Below, one piece after another: positions 13,086 through 25,700 of a stretch of DNA of 64,000 bases (the first letter of the stretch is position 1; each line of letters opens with the position of its first letter). The notes under the pieces were generated by a model that saw only the letters and a list, made by a program, of their open reading frames with translations, was not told where the DNA came from and searched no databases. A program made the position numbers and the translations under genes. Source of the DNA: Octopus bimaculoides (Eukaryota); assembly GCF_001194135.2 (NCBI RefSeq), contig NC_068989.1, positions 5,005,104 through 5,069,103 on the forward strand. Direction: 5' to 3'.

Positions 13086-14864
13086 ATGTGTACATATGCA
13101 CACATACACCTTCGTCATTAGCCAAGCTCGTCCTTCCCTTCACCTATTCACACTCTAACCTAACGCGGTGAAGTGTAATATAAGCAACTTCAACATGACA
13201 AATCGCAAATGTGATATGTCCTCTTAAAATTTAATACAAACCGTTTTCCTTCCCTGTCGTTTCTGCTACGTCATTTATTTCACAAGGACCTCCGACAAGT
13301 TAACCAAGTGACGACATACAGCCACCATACAGCTTTATCCCCGCCCTATCACTGTCTGCCTCACCTTCTCTCTGTTTCTCTCGCTGATCTCTCTGTCATT
13401 TTTTATTGTCTCTCTGTCTCTCTTTTCTCTATAACTATGACACTTTACCCATCGTATCTACTTCCTTTTGCAATCCCATTGTGTTCATATACTCACAGAA
13501 ACACACATACACACAGAAACACACACATATACACACTCGCGTGCACGCACACACGTGAGCATGTAAGATGAAATACATTCAAAACAAATTATATAAGAAT
13601 ACTACAAGCGTAGTACCAGTCAAAAGTAACTGGGTTTGTCTCAAGTCAGTAATTCTTAATCTACGTTTCTAGCCTTGCTACATTTTCTTTCGTCTTTCAT
13701 TCTCTCTGATAGCTTGACTGTCTGTCTTACTTGGTAGCTACTCTCTGTCTGTCTCCCTCCCTCTCTCTCTCTCACTCTCACTTTCTTTCTATATATATGT
13801 ATATATATATGTGTTTATAAGCCATTTAAGAAACACACAAAATCCGTTAGATTCAACATTTAAATTTAATTTGCCAAAATATTTTCATTGCTTTGAGACC
13901 GCGACCTGTTCACTGANNNNNNNNNNNNNNNNNNNNNNNNNNNNNNNNNNNNNNNNNNNNNNNNNNNNNNNNNNNNNNNNNNNNNNNNNNNNNNNNNNNN
14001 NNNNNNNNNNNNNNNNNNNNNNNNNNNNNNNNNNNNNNNNNNNNNNNNNNNNNNNNNNNNNNNNNNNNNNNNNNNNNNNNNNNNNNNNNNNNNNNNNNNN
14101 NNNNNNNNNNNNNNNNNNNNNNNNNNNNNNNNNNNNNNNNNNNNNNNNNNNNNNNNNNNNNNNNNNNNNNNNNNNNNNNNNNNNNNNNNNNNNNNNNNNN
14201 NNNNNNNNNNNNNNNNNNNNNNNNNNNNNNNNNNNNNNNNNNNNNNNNNNNNNNNNNNGAATGTAGTGGCGGACAGTAAACAAAACAGGAAAACGAAACA
14301 GTGAAATAAACAAACAAAGAAGGCTATACGGCCAGACGTGAAAAAGTATGTGTATATATATATATATATGTGTTTATAAGCCATTTAAGAAACACACAAA
14401 ATCCGTTAGATTCAACATTTAAATTTAATTTGCCAAAATATTTTCATTGCTTTGAGACCGCGACCTGTTCACTGACAAAATTGTGCTGCATGTTCCAGCA
14501 CACAATCTCAGATCAGGTCACTTGCTATGCAAGTACATCTCCGTAATATATATATATTATGTCATATGTAAACAAACATAAGTTTGTTTTTGAAGCGCTG
14601 AATGTATTGTAGAACAGGTAGAAAGAAATTTTTCAACACGGCAATACTGATAGAACACCATATATAGGATAAAATCCTTTTAGAGCAGAAAAGTTTGTCG
14701 GCAACCAGCCATGAGGATTGAATTCACACCCTCTGATATCCAGTCAAAGTGCTCTACTTTTAAGCTAAACTGCCGACCAACAAATTCTTCTACAATTTTA
14801 GAAGTTATAAAGTCATCCAGAAACTCTAGATGTCTTATAGATTACATTATATAGATTTCATCAC

Positions 14865-15077
14865 AACTTTCTCTCGCTCTTTCTTCCTGTTTCTGTTGTA
14901 CCTGTAATTCAAAGGGGCCAGCCTTGTCGCTCTGTGTCACGCTGAATATCCCCAAGAACTATGTTAAGGGTACATGTGTCTGTGGAGTACTTAGCCACTT
15001 GCATGTTAATTTCATGAGCGGGCTGTTCCATTGATCGGGTCAACTGGAACCCTCATCGTCATAACTGATGGAGTGCC
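14865..15077 (+). mobile_element. SINE family D, 3' half
   Basis: Contains ttcttcctgtttctgttg..cctgtaattcaaaggg..ccacttgcatgttaatttcatgag..ggaaccctc. Confidence 0.8.
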
Positions 15078-15086
15078 ATGATATAG

Positions 15087-15124
<38 letters not shown>

Positions 15125-15130
<6 letters not shown>

Positions 15131-15745
15131 TCATCATCATTATCTCTTAACTTCTGTTTTCCAAGCAAGATGGAGAGCAGCACCAGGTTCCAGTCCGATC
15201 TGGCTTGGCTTTGATGGTTGGATGCCCTTCCTAATGCCAACCACTTTACTGAGTGTACTGGGTGCTTTTTTATGTAGACTGGTATGGGTGCATCTTACAT
15301 GACCCAGCCTAGGCATTTTTCCATGGAGTAGCATGGCTGGTTTTTAGACACACACACACACACACACACACACACATTTACATATATATATATATATATA
15401 TATACATCATGCATATATACATATACTTCATCATCATCATCATCATCATCATTTAATGTCCTTTTTCCATGCTGCCATGGATCAGACAGTTTGACAAGAG
15501 TTGGCCAGTTGCAGAGCTGCACCAGAACCCATTTGTCTGTTTTGGCGTGGTTTCTATGGTTGGATGCCCTTCCTAATGCCAACCACTTTACCAAGTATGT
15601 TTAGTGCTTTTTACATGACACTGGCACAAGTACCTCTTATGTGGCACTAGCATAAGTGCTTTCTACATAGCCTGGCATGAGTGCTTTTCATGTGGTCCAG
15701 AATTGGTGCTCTTTACATGGTGCCAACACCGGTGCTTTTTACACA
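15125..15745 (-). mobile_element. Two RTE 3' copies plus a tandem array of about 25-bp units
   Basis: (CAT)n-led reverse copies start at about 15130 and 15428. Six degenerate gtgctttt.. units occupy about 15605-15740. Confidence 0.75.
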
Positions 15746-16209
15746 TACACACTCATACGTATGCATAACAACAGCGGTAGCAACAACAACAACAACTACA
15801 CAAATTGAATGATAATATATAGAATTATATTAATAACCCACCGTATTAAATTCAGGTTTATTATGTATATCTCTATGGAAATAGGCTCAGTAACCAAAGT
15901 CTACATATTGGAAGAGGATGTGGTGAACACAATAAATAAATTAGGTTGAATGTAAACATTATTTTATATCAGAAAATTAATGCATACTGTGACATATAAT
16001 AAATGCCACATGTTGAAATGACGGCAGACTGGGTTTCTTTAGGAAATAATGGAGGAAAGTGAAACATGTTGACAACAACATGCAAAAATACTCACACGTG
16101 AACAAGCATACATACATACATATATATACATCTGTGTGTGTGTGTATGTGTGTGTAATCTTTGTAGTTAATGCAAAATTACTTTTATTATAACATAACAT
16201 TAATATATT

Positions 16210-16430
16210 CTTTTATTCTTTTACTTGTTTCAGTCATTTGACTGTGGCCATGCTGGAGCACCGCTTTTAGTTGAGCAAATCGACCTCAGGACTTATTCCT
16301 TGTAAGCCTAGTACTTATTCTTTCAGTCTCTTTTGCCAAACTGCTAAGTTACGGGGACATAAACACACCAGTGTCGGTTGTCAAGCAATGGTGGGAGAAC
16401 AAACAGACATTCAAACATATACACACACAC
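16210..16430 (-). mobile_element. SINE family A, 3' half
   Basis: Tail ttttacttgtttcagtcatttgactgtggccatgctggagcaccg; the copy runs into a microsatellite and gap. Confidence 0.85.
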
Positions 16431-17284
16431 ACACACACACACATTGTGTGAGTTTTTGTACTTGTGCCTACTTTNNNNNNNNNNNNNNNNNNNNNNNNNN
16501 NNNNNNNNNNNNNNNNNNNNNNNNNNNNNNNNNNNNNNNNNNNNNNNNNNNNNNNNNNNNNNNNNNNNNNNNNNNNNNNNNNNNNNNNNNNNNNNNNNNN
16601 NNNNNNNNNNNNNNNNNNNNNNNNNNNNNNNNNNNNNNNNNNNNNNNNNNNNNNNNNNNNNNNNNNNNNNNNNNNNNNNNNNNNNATATATATATATATA
16701 TATATAGTGGGCATATGTACAAAAACTCACACAATGTGTGTGAGTGGGGTTTGAATGTGTGTGAGGGCACTTTTCATTTAAAAATGAGACATTTAACCTT
16801 TACCTTTTTTTTTCATGATTACAGAACAGTGTCCCATTTATATTTATATCTCCATAACTACGCCGTCAAAATCTTCAACTTCATAATCACCAGCACCATT
16901 AGCAAACAGCAAGAGTTCAAATAATGTCAATAGCTTGATTTTACTTAATGTTTTGGTAACCATGAACAGAACAGAAAAAGAGATAATACAGTTTTCGTTG
17001 TATTTATTTATGGAAAATTATACTAGAGACTAAATTCCATACCCGCTTGCTATACATACATACATACATCAGTTAAATATATATGAACATGTCTAGATAT
17101 GCAACTATATGCATGAGAATACATGCATAAAATAAAACATATAAATCTGCACATATACATACATACATACAAACATACAAAAATACCCTGTTGTTGATGT
17201 TGAAATTCCAAAGGAGCCTTGGATCTAGATTAGAAACTGTTTTTTTCTCTATTGGCAAGAAATCTTGAAATAAAACTGATACGA

Positions 17285-17416
17285 ACGACATGGTTCCGGG
17301 TTCAGTCCCACAGCATGGCACCTTGGGCAAGTGTCTTCTACTATAGCCTCGGGCTGACTAAAGCCTTGTGAGTGGATTTGGTAGATGGAAACTGAAAGAA
17401 GCCTGTCATATATATG

Positions 17417-17449
<33 letters not shown>

Positions 17450-17665
17450 ATATGTTTGTGTGTCTGTGTTTGTCCTCCCAACATCGCTTGACAACCGATG
17501 CTGGTGTGTTTACGTCCCTGTAACTTAACGGTTCGGCTAAAGAGTCCGATAGAATCAGTATTAGGCTTACGAAGAATAAGTCCTGAGATCGATTAGTTTG
17601 ACTAAAAAGCAGTGCTCCAGCATGGCCACAGTCAAATGACTGAAACAAGTAAGAGTAAAAGAGTA
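17285..17665 (+). mobile_element. SINE family A (tRNA head, CORE-like GGCACCTTGGGCAAG block, internal microsatellite)
   Basis: ggttcagtccc B-box, ggcaccttgggcaagtgtcttctactatagc, internal (TA)/(TG) tract and tail caaatgactgaaacaagtaagagtaaaagag. Confidence 0.9.
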
Positions 17666-17753
17666 CATACATGCATGCATACATAATACATACATTCATA
17701 CATGCATGCATACATACATACATACATACATACATACATGCATACATACACAT

Positions 17754-17791
<38 letters not shown>

Positions 17792-18849
17792 ATATTGGAC
17801 CCATACTTTGAGGAGGTATAGAAACCCCATCAGCATTTAAGAAGCCCTAGTTTAAAGACACTAAAACTACAAAAGCTTTAATACAGAGAAAGTGAAGTTC
17901 AAACAGATTTGTTCATCAGCAGTAAAAAGAGGGTTTGTGTTCTGGGATTATTAAGGTTGTGGATCAGAAGTGTTTAGTGAGAAATGAAGACAAGTCTGTG
18001 AGCGTGGAGCTGATATTTTTTACCTTTTGCTTGTTTCAGTCATTAGACTGTGGCCATGCTGGAGCGCCACCGTCTAGGATTTTATTTGAATGAATGGACC
18101 ACCTATCAAATCCATTATAGCTGCTGTTGCTGGCTGTTCAAGTGTGTGTTATTAAATGGAAAGATAGTTAGGTTGTGTGTGCGTGTGTGTACCCTTTTTT
18201 TTTTGACATCATGTGATGGTTGTTAATGAGCACCCTAATCATACAAATGAAGTTGTTCGTTTCCAGTTTTTCTGTGGAAATCATATCAGAGCGATGGACA
18301 AACATTACCTTGCCTGGCAACAGGCAAGAGTTGGTGACAGGAAGAGCATCCAGTCATAGAACATCTACCTAAAAATATTCCACCTGAGCCATGCAAGCAT
18401 GGCAAAGTGGACATTAAATGATAATAATAATGACGATGATGATGGTGATGATGATGATATTGAGCATATATCCATGATAACATGATCCAACGTACCATTT
18501 TCATTTTAAAACAATAGGCTGTGTAGGGTTCAATTTCCAGCAGAATTGTGTGACCACATAGAAACTTCCACATTGTACCAAAGTCTTACAGCTGCACTGA
18601 TTCATTCTCTCACACCGAGAGATATTGATTCTTATTTTCTTTTATAAACAAAGAATCGCTTACCTTAGATAGTTTGGAAAATGGCAACAGCTGACATTTT
18701 ATACTGTTTGCATGTGTATGTGTGTATGTATTTATGTATGGATGCATATAGAGTTTTAGTCTTCTGTTGTAATTCCATTAGACCTTTGGCAAAATACCAT
18801 GTTTGAGTAGAAGACCTATTAATGCCAAGTGAAATCATAGCCATGGCAG

Positions 18850-19078
18850 ATACTGGTGTCACGCAACTGGTACCCGTGCTGGCAACACGTAAAATCACCC
18901 ATTGCACTCTTGGGGTGGTTGGTGTTAGAAAGGGCATCTGGCTGTAGAAACCATGGTAAATCAGACTGGAGTCTGGTGCATCCTCTCAACCTACCAGCCC
19001 TGGTCAAACTGTTCAACCTATGCCAGCCTGGACAATGGGCGTTAACTGATGATGTTGATGATGATGATGATGATGATC
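18850..19078 (+). mobile_element. RTE 3' copy
   Basis: Same 3' UTR blocks and (GAT)n tail. Confidence 0.8.
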
Positions 19079-19363
19079 TAGAATGATTGATAAGAATATT
19101 AAACTGACATATTTTACTGTCCTGAAGTTGATCACTTTGAGGTTTAAAGAACCATAACCAAATACCAAAAGGTATTTTGTCCAAGAGTATGATCCTCAGA
19201 ACTTGATCGAGAATTACTTCAGTGACCAACCAACGATGAACAAATTCAAGCTGAATTGATATTTGTGACAGTACTATAGTTATTGCTTTTATAATTATTT
19301 GGAATGAGACAATTAGGTGCAGCTGTCTGGGTGCTGAAGATTTGACCAATTTCAGTAGTGGAG

Positions 19364-19416
<53 letters not shown>

Positions 19417-19779
19417 TGTGCATGCAAACACGCACACATATACACACACACACATGCACACTGACAAACACACATATACTCATATGCACACACACATGCA
19501 CACAACACACACATGCACACAACACACACATGCACACTGACAAACACACATATACTCATATGCACACACACATGCACACAACACACACATACACACTTGC
19601 ACACAAACACACATACACGCATGCACGCGCATGCAGAGGTGAAGAAGTATACACATACTGATGGAAAGAAAGAGAGAGGGGGAAGAGAGAGAGAGATTGC
19701 AATTTATTTATTGAACATGACTGGCAAACACTTTTGCTTCTCCTCATGTACAGAGAAAGATAGATGGATAGACAGATAA

Positions 19780-19940
19780 TACAGAGATGAGGAATTACAC
19801 GCATTATTTACATTTGACGGATATTTGTTAACACAACCTTTTGGTGTCTTGAGGAAATTTCGAACCTGGGTTCTCATTTTTTGATATTATTATTATTATT
19901 ATTATTGATAGGAATATTAATTTATTATTATTCAGGTCAC
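19780..19940 (-). mobile_element. Third copy of the hammerhead-bearing element with the ribozyme core deleted
   Basis: Shares cattatttacatttgacggatatttgt, ttaacacaac, ggtgtcttg..aaattt..aacctgggttctcatt and the ATT linker with 58451-58610. The stem II and core segment is missing. Confidence 0.75.
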
Positions 19941-20630
19941 ATGTGGGTTAGTACTTGGACATCTTCCTGGTGGGGCCAGAGTATAAAGGGTTGGTTTTAG
20001 TGGTGTTGATCCTAAATCCAAATTCTCAATGTATTCCATGTATATATTGGCTATTATTGGTGATAATGGTGAACCCATAGCTAAACCCTCTTCATGTCAA
20101 TATATATCAGTGTCCATACTGAAGTAGGCAGTTTCTACACAGAAGGTCAACATTTCCATCAAGTTTCCTATTGGTATACTAGTGCGTTCTTTAAGATAGG
20201 TGTCGGTCACAGTTTTTCCTGAATCACTGATAGTGCTTCACCAGTTGGGACTTTGGTGAACAGACTTATCACGTCTAGACTCACCATCTGGTTGAATTCA
20301 ATGGGAGTGTCCTTGATTAATTCTGTGAAGTCAGTGGAATTCTTCACATACGATGTTGGCTTTCCTGCTAATGGACTGATTATATCTATAAGGAAGCGGC
20401 TCAGTGGATGACATTCTGAACCTCTATCGCTCACTATGGGTCTTAATGGAATAACCATCCTTGTGAATCTTAGGAAGACCGTACATGTGTGGTAGTTTAC
20501 TGTAGTGTTGAGTCAGTTGTCTGTACTTCATTGGTGTAAAGTGATCCTTGTTCTTGATCAAGATCTGTGACAACTTCCTCTCTGTTTTCAGAGTTGGGTC
20601 TTTCTTTACTTTGATGTAGCTACCATCACT
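19941..20630 (-). mobile_element. Penelope-like (Penelope/Poseidon-type) RT fragment
   Basis: Translation includes YIKVKKDPT..PHMYGLPKIHKDG, IPLRPIVS..SYVKNSTDF..MVSLDVISLFTKVP and EEGLAMGSPLSPIIANIYME. It breaks off just before the catalytic DD. Confidence 0.9.
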
Positions 20631-21659
20631 TATGAGAGAGATAGATAGATGGATGGATGAAGGATGGATGGATGAATGAACGGATAGATAGATAGATAGA
20701 GAGGGGGGGGGGGACAATAAGACAAACGAGAGAGAGAGACAAGCAAGAGAGAGTGAGAAAGTGGGTGGGAGAGAGAGACACACAGAAAGAATGATAGAAA
20801 CAGTGAAACGTCTAATGTCAAATGAATCAGCATCAAATGAACAACAACAAACAGGTTGTACTGAAACAGCTGAGTCCAAACTCTCATATCTGTACTGGTG
20901 TAGATGAAATCAGCTAGTTTGGGACCATCCTTCATTAGGCTATATCCATGGGAGAATTTCAGCTTTCAAGCAAAGTGTAGTTTTAAATGTGATTGATTAG
21001 AATAGTGGTTGTCACTGTTCATTTACAATATCTTCCTTCTATCATGGATGAAAAGAAAAAGAACAAAAGTGTGTGTTTACTTTACAAGGTTAAACTCTAG
21101 TCAAAGGAGACAGATAGGTCTTCTCAACCAACTACTTCAGTTCTAGGGCCTCGTTTTTATTACCGAATCAGATATCTATTAACTCATGAACAATGCAGCT
21201 GCCATTGAATAAACATCAATGGCTGTAGAACAAGATAAACTCTCAGTTAATCAATTTAACTGATCCAGTTAAAAGTTCCTGGTTGAAGCCATTTAATTTT
21301 CCTAGCATTGTAAATATCTTCCAAAAAAAAAAAAAAGGTTAATTTCACTTCTCTTGTAAAAATCAGAACTCTTATTACCTTTGTAAATAAAAATAAAGAA
21401 ATACAAAACAGTATAAACAAAGTTTTTTTGTTTTCCTTTTTCATACAATAAATGTTTGAACAAATTGTTTTGTGAAAGGAAAAAAATCAACAATGATTTC
21501 ATACATAAGGTAGCAGGGCTGACATTTATAGAAGAGGAAGTGACGTGGTGATGTTCATGTCATACCACCATATACCAATGTTTAATTTTTCGACAATTCG
21601 TTTTATCGTCACATTTTTGTCTGACGTGCTAATGATTCTTCTAGCTCTCTACCTTCAAA

Positions 21660-21816
21660 ATGATAATAATGATGATGATGATGATGATGATGATGGTGAT
21701 GGTGATGATGGTAATGACGATGATGACGATGATAATGATGGTGATGATGATGACGATGACGATGATAATGATGGTGATGATAATGACGATGATAATGATG
21801 ATGGTGACGATGATGA
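21660..21816 (+). repeat. Degenerate (GAT/GAC/AAT/GGT)n trinucleotide tract
   Basis: Direct reading; it produces spurious poly-D, poly-M and poly-I ORFs. Confidence 0.9.
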
Positions 21817-22079
21817 AATTACACATTACAAAGAAGAGTGCTCAATCAGTGCAGTGCACCTGTTTAAAATCTTGATTTGATTTAATGAGGGCTCACTCAC
21901 TTGTCCAGTATCATTCATATATGAGCAAGCAAAAAATAACAACCCAGCTCATTTATCGTATCATGAGTTTAATATTAAGAAAACGGTCAAGGTGGCAAAC
22001 TGACAGAATTGTTCAAGTGCTTTAGCAGCGTTTCGTCTGTCATTGTGTTCCGAGTTCAAATTCCCCAGCTGATACTATA

Positions 22080-22395
22080 ATTGACCCCAGGACTTATTCT
22101 TTGTAAATCTAGTACTTATTTTATTAGCTTCTTTTGCTGAACCAGTAAGTTACAGGGACGTAAACACACCAACATTGGTTGTCTAGAGATGGTGGGGGTA
22201 GACAAACACAGACACAAACATATACATATATATATATATATATACGATGGTCTTCTTTCAGATTTTATTTACCAAATCCACTCACAAGGCTTTGGTTGGT
22301 CCAAGGCTATAGTAGAAAATGCTTGCCCAAGGTGCCATGCAATGGGACTGAACCCGGGACCATGTGGTTGGGAAGCAAGCTTCTTACCACACGCT
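22080..22395 (-). mobile_element. SINE family A
   Basis: Reverse complement of the family A consensus blocks. Confidence 0.85.
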
Positions 22396-23344
22396 AAAAA
22401 CTGCAAAACTCTCCACTGATTTTCTTTTCCACCAACTTCAAAATAATTAAGGTGAAAGTTCAATTCCAAATGCAGGAAACTCTTGATTTAATAGACTTCT
22501 GATTTAACTGACCAAATATTGATGGATTCAAATTTTGGCCCAAGACCAGCCATTTTAGAGGAGAGGGTCAGTCAATTACATTGACCTTTGTGTTCAACTG
22601 GTTTTTATTTTATTGACCCAAAAAGGATGAAAGAGAAAAATTGTTTGTACAAGAAATATCGTTCTTCAGCAACTTTTGCAGTGAATATGAATAACATGAA
22701 CGTGAATAATAATAATAATGCTTATTATTTACATTTGTAGCTTTGGCACAGAATGTGTCAAATATGTTATGAATGCAGAGCTTTTGAATAAACTAAACTT
22801 GGTGTCTCTTGAAATTCCTTTAGAAAATGTATGAATATTGGTTGTAAGGTCAAGTACCCATGTGTAAATATAAATATATTTTGGTAGTTTTGAATGAATA
22901 TAAAACTATAACATTTGTGAAATTAGGCAGAGCAATTATTGTAGAAAATAGCATAATCTAGAACAATGAGTGAATCATTGTCAGCCGTGTATTGTACATA
23001 TTACAAGTAATCAAATCTGTATAATATTTGGTGAGTGGTAAATATAATTTTCTTATTGTCCTGTTGTTTTGGTATTTTTATTTGTATCTTCACATTCTTG
23101 TTAGCAACATTCATGTTCATTTTTCAATAATACCTCCAATTGGAAAAATCAAATATTCATACATACAAACCAAAATATTGTAATTATCACAAAGTTTAGT
23201 AAAACACCCATCATTATTTACAGCCTGGGTACTCTTGTAATACTATATTGTGTTAGAATTATGGTCACAGCAAAATACTCCTTTGCTCTCCTGAAAAAGA
23301 GATGGGAATGTTACATTATATCTTTTCTCTTCAATTTGATCCAG

Positions 23345-23690
23345 TCAGGAGACTGTGGCCATGCTGGGGCACTGCCTTGAAGAGCTTTTACTTGAATGAA
23401 TTGATCCCAGGACTTTTTTTTAAAGCCTGGTATTTATTTTATCAGTCTCTTTTGCTGAACTACTAAGTTACGGGGACGTAAACACACAAACACTGGTTGG
23501 GGGACAAACACAGACACAAAAACACACACACACATATGACAGGCTTCTTTCAGTTTCTGTCAATCAGATCAACTCACAAGGTTTTGGATGCCACAAGGCT
23601 ATAGTGAAAGGTACTTGCCCAAGGTGCCATGCTGTGGGACAGAACCTCAAACAATGTGGTTGGGAAGCAAACTTCTTACCATACAGCCAC
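23345..23690 (-). mobile_element. SINE family A
   Basis: Reverse complement of the family A consensus blocks. Confidence 0.85.
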
Positions 23691-24724
23691 AATTTAATAA
23701 ATCTATGTTCACAAGTGTATTTTTTACATTAAAAACAATAAAACAATCACCACTAGGTTACTGCCTAATTATCAAACTTTTAGCATTAACAGACACACTT
23801 CCATCCTAATAGTTTACTGAGCTTATGTCTGATGAGAGATATTTCATAAAACAATAAACAAGTAAAACGAAACGTAATTATAATGAACTGATAAAGTGTT
23901 GTTTATAACCAGCTCTGACCTACTCTAAGCTGTGAATCAAGGATACAAAAAACAAGATGTCAAAGGAAAACTTCGATAAACGGCTGATATGAATTTTTTC
24001 ATTGTTTTATTTAAATTATTGAATGAAATATGAATGTTTTCAAGTACATTTAACAGCATTATAGCAATTGCATTGTCATTGTGTACAAATCATGTATTTT
24101 CAGTTAATAAGCTACTTAAAATATTATTTGTTTAATTACCCTATTATTTATTTGTGATATTTAAATTAAATGTGACACTGTTTCTTGCAATTCCTTTTCT
24201 CAGCCAGAATTTTGACTTTAATTCACTTCATCTGTATCACATCAATTTCTATTTAACTTTCATGGAACCACTTCAACTATCATTGATTTTTTTTTTCTAA
24301 AATAAACTGTATGCAGTCTATTACATCATTCCTCGATTATCACAGGGGTTTGGTTAAAAACAGAAAGCACTGTGATAAACAAATCATCTCTTCGCACTTA
24401 GTAAATGGAACAAATGGGAGATTCATTGACATCAAGCATGTGGCCCACAGCAGCAAAGTTTCCCATCAGGTATTTCCTCAATCTCTTCTACCTTTCCCTT
24501 TAGAGAATGTATTTGACTACATCAGAGGTTCTCAGCATGGGTGGTATCAGCCCAAGGGGGTGCTGGGCATGTCAAAGGGACATTAGGCTTTAGGGAGCAG
24601 TGAGCAGGTGGTGGGGGAACATAATTAACATACTATATTTCACCTATACTAGTAATTGTATTAACCTAAAATAAAATGAGATCTCATCAGTCACAGGGAA
24701 GGTGTTAACTTGCAATGTATTCTT

Positions 24725-24938
24725 TTATTCTTTTACTTGTTTCAGTCATTTGACTGGGGCCATGCTGGAGCACTGCCTTTTAGTCAAGCAAATCGACCCC
24801 TGGACTTAATCTTTGTAAGCCTGATATTTATTCTATTAGTCTCTTCTGACAAATCATTAAGTTACGGGGATGTAAACACACCAGCATCGGTTGTCAAGTG
24901 ATGTTGGGGGGGACAAACACAGGCACACAAATACATAC

Positions 24939-24998
<60 letters not shown>

Positions 24999-25034
24999 AA
25001 AGCGGACGTTAAACGATGATGATGATGATGATGA

Positions 25035-25106
<72 letters not shown>

Positions 25107-25310
25107 TCTATCTATCTATCTATCTATCTATCTATATATATATATATATATGATGGGCTTCTTTCCAGTTTCCGTCTATCAAATCCACTCACAAGGCTTT
25201 GGCTGGCCCAAGGCTATAGTTGATGACACTTGCCCAAGGTTCCACCCAGTGGGACTGAACCCAAAACCACATGGCTGGGAAGCAAGCCTCTTATCACACA
25301 GCTACTCCTG
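24725..25310 (-). mobile_element. SINE family A with expanded internal (TA)n and a nested RTE tail
   Basis: Family A blocks on both sides of (TA)n. The sequence atggaaagcggacgttaaacgatgatg sits inside the TA tract. Confidence 0.85.
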
Positions 25311-25454
25311 CGCTTATGTAAATTTACAACTTTTGTCTTTATTCATTTTTTATCATTTCACTGTTTAAAGCTTATACAATCCATTTTTAGAGTAAAAATT
25401 CTAAATTATCATTTATGTTTAGTTTAGTCATTATACCTCACTTGCTACTTAGAG

Positions 25455-25700
25455 TGGAGGCACATAGCTTAGTGGTTAGGGTGTTGGACTCATTATCATA
25501 AGATTGTGGTTTCGATTCCTGGACCGGGCAATGCATTGAGTTCTTGAGCAAGACACTTCATTTCACACTGCTCCAGTCCACTCAGCTGGCAGAAATGTGT
25601 AACCCTGCGATGGACTGGCATCCCACCCAAGTGGAGAATTTATACCTCATGGAAACCAGGAAACCAGCCCTTATGAGTCAGTAGGACTTGATAAGGTAAC
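25455..25700 (+). mobile_element. tRNA-headed SINE family E
   Basis: Contains gcttagtggttagggtgttgg..ggtttcgattcctggaccggg..ttcttgagcaagacacttcatttcac..cactcagctgg. Confidence 0.8.

Noticed and set aside
12500-13171. Long ORFs spanning N-runs and microsatellites (also 32435-33099, 42490-43479, 53141-53986)
   Set aside because: These are artefacts of Ns and dinucleotide repeats that lack stop codons.
13797-14475. Identical direct repeat of about 115 bp (ending at 13916 and at 14475) on either side of gap 13917-14258
   Set aside because: Perfect identity at a contig edge suggests a scaffolding or overlap artefact. It cannot be called a real duplication or LTR without long reads.
18819-19622. 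267-aa minus-strand ORF
   Set aside because: It is mostly TG microsatellite and an RTE tail. The unique core of about 90 aa has no motif I recognise.
21545-21880. Asp-rich 111-aa ORF resembling an acidic biomineral protein
   Set aside because: It is a degenerate (GAT)n microsatellite that is open in several frames, with no splice or signal-peptide support.
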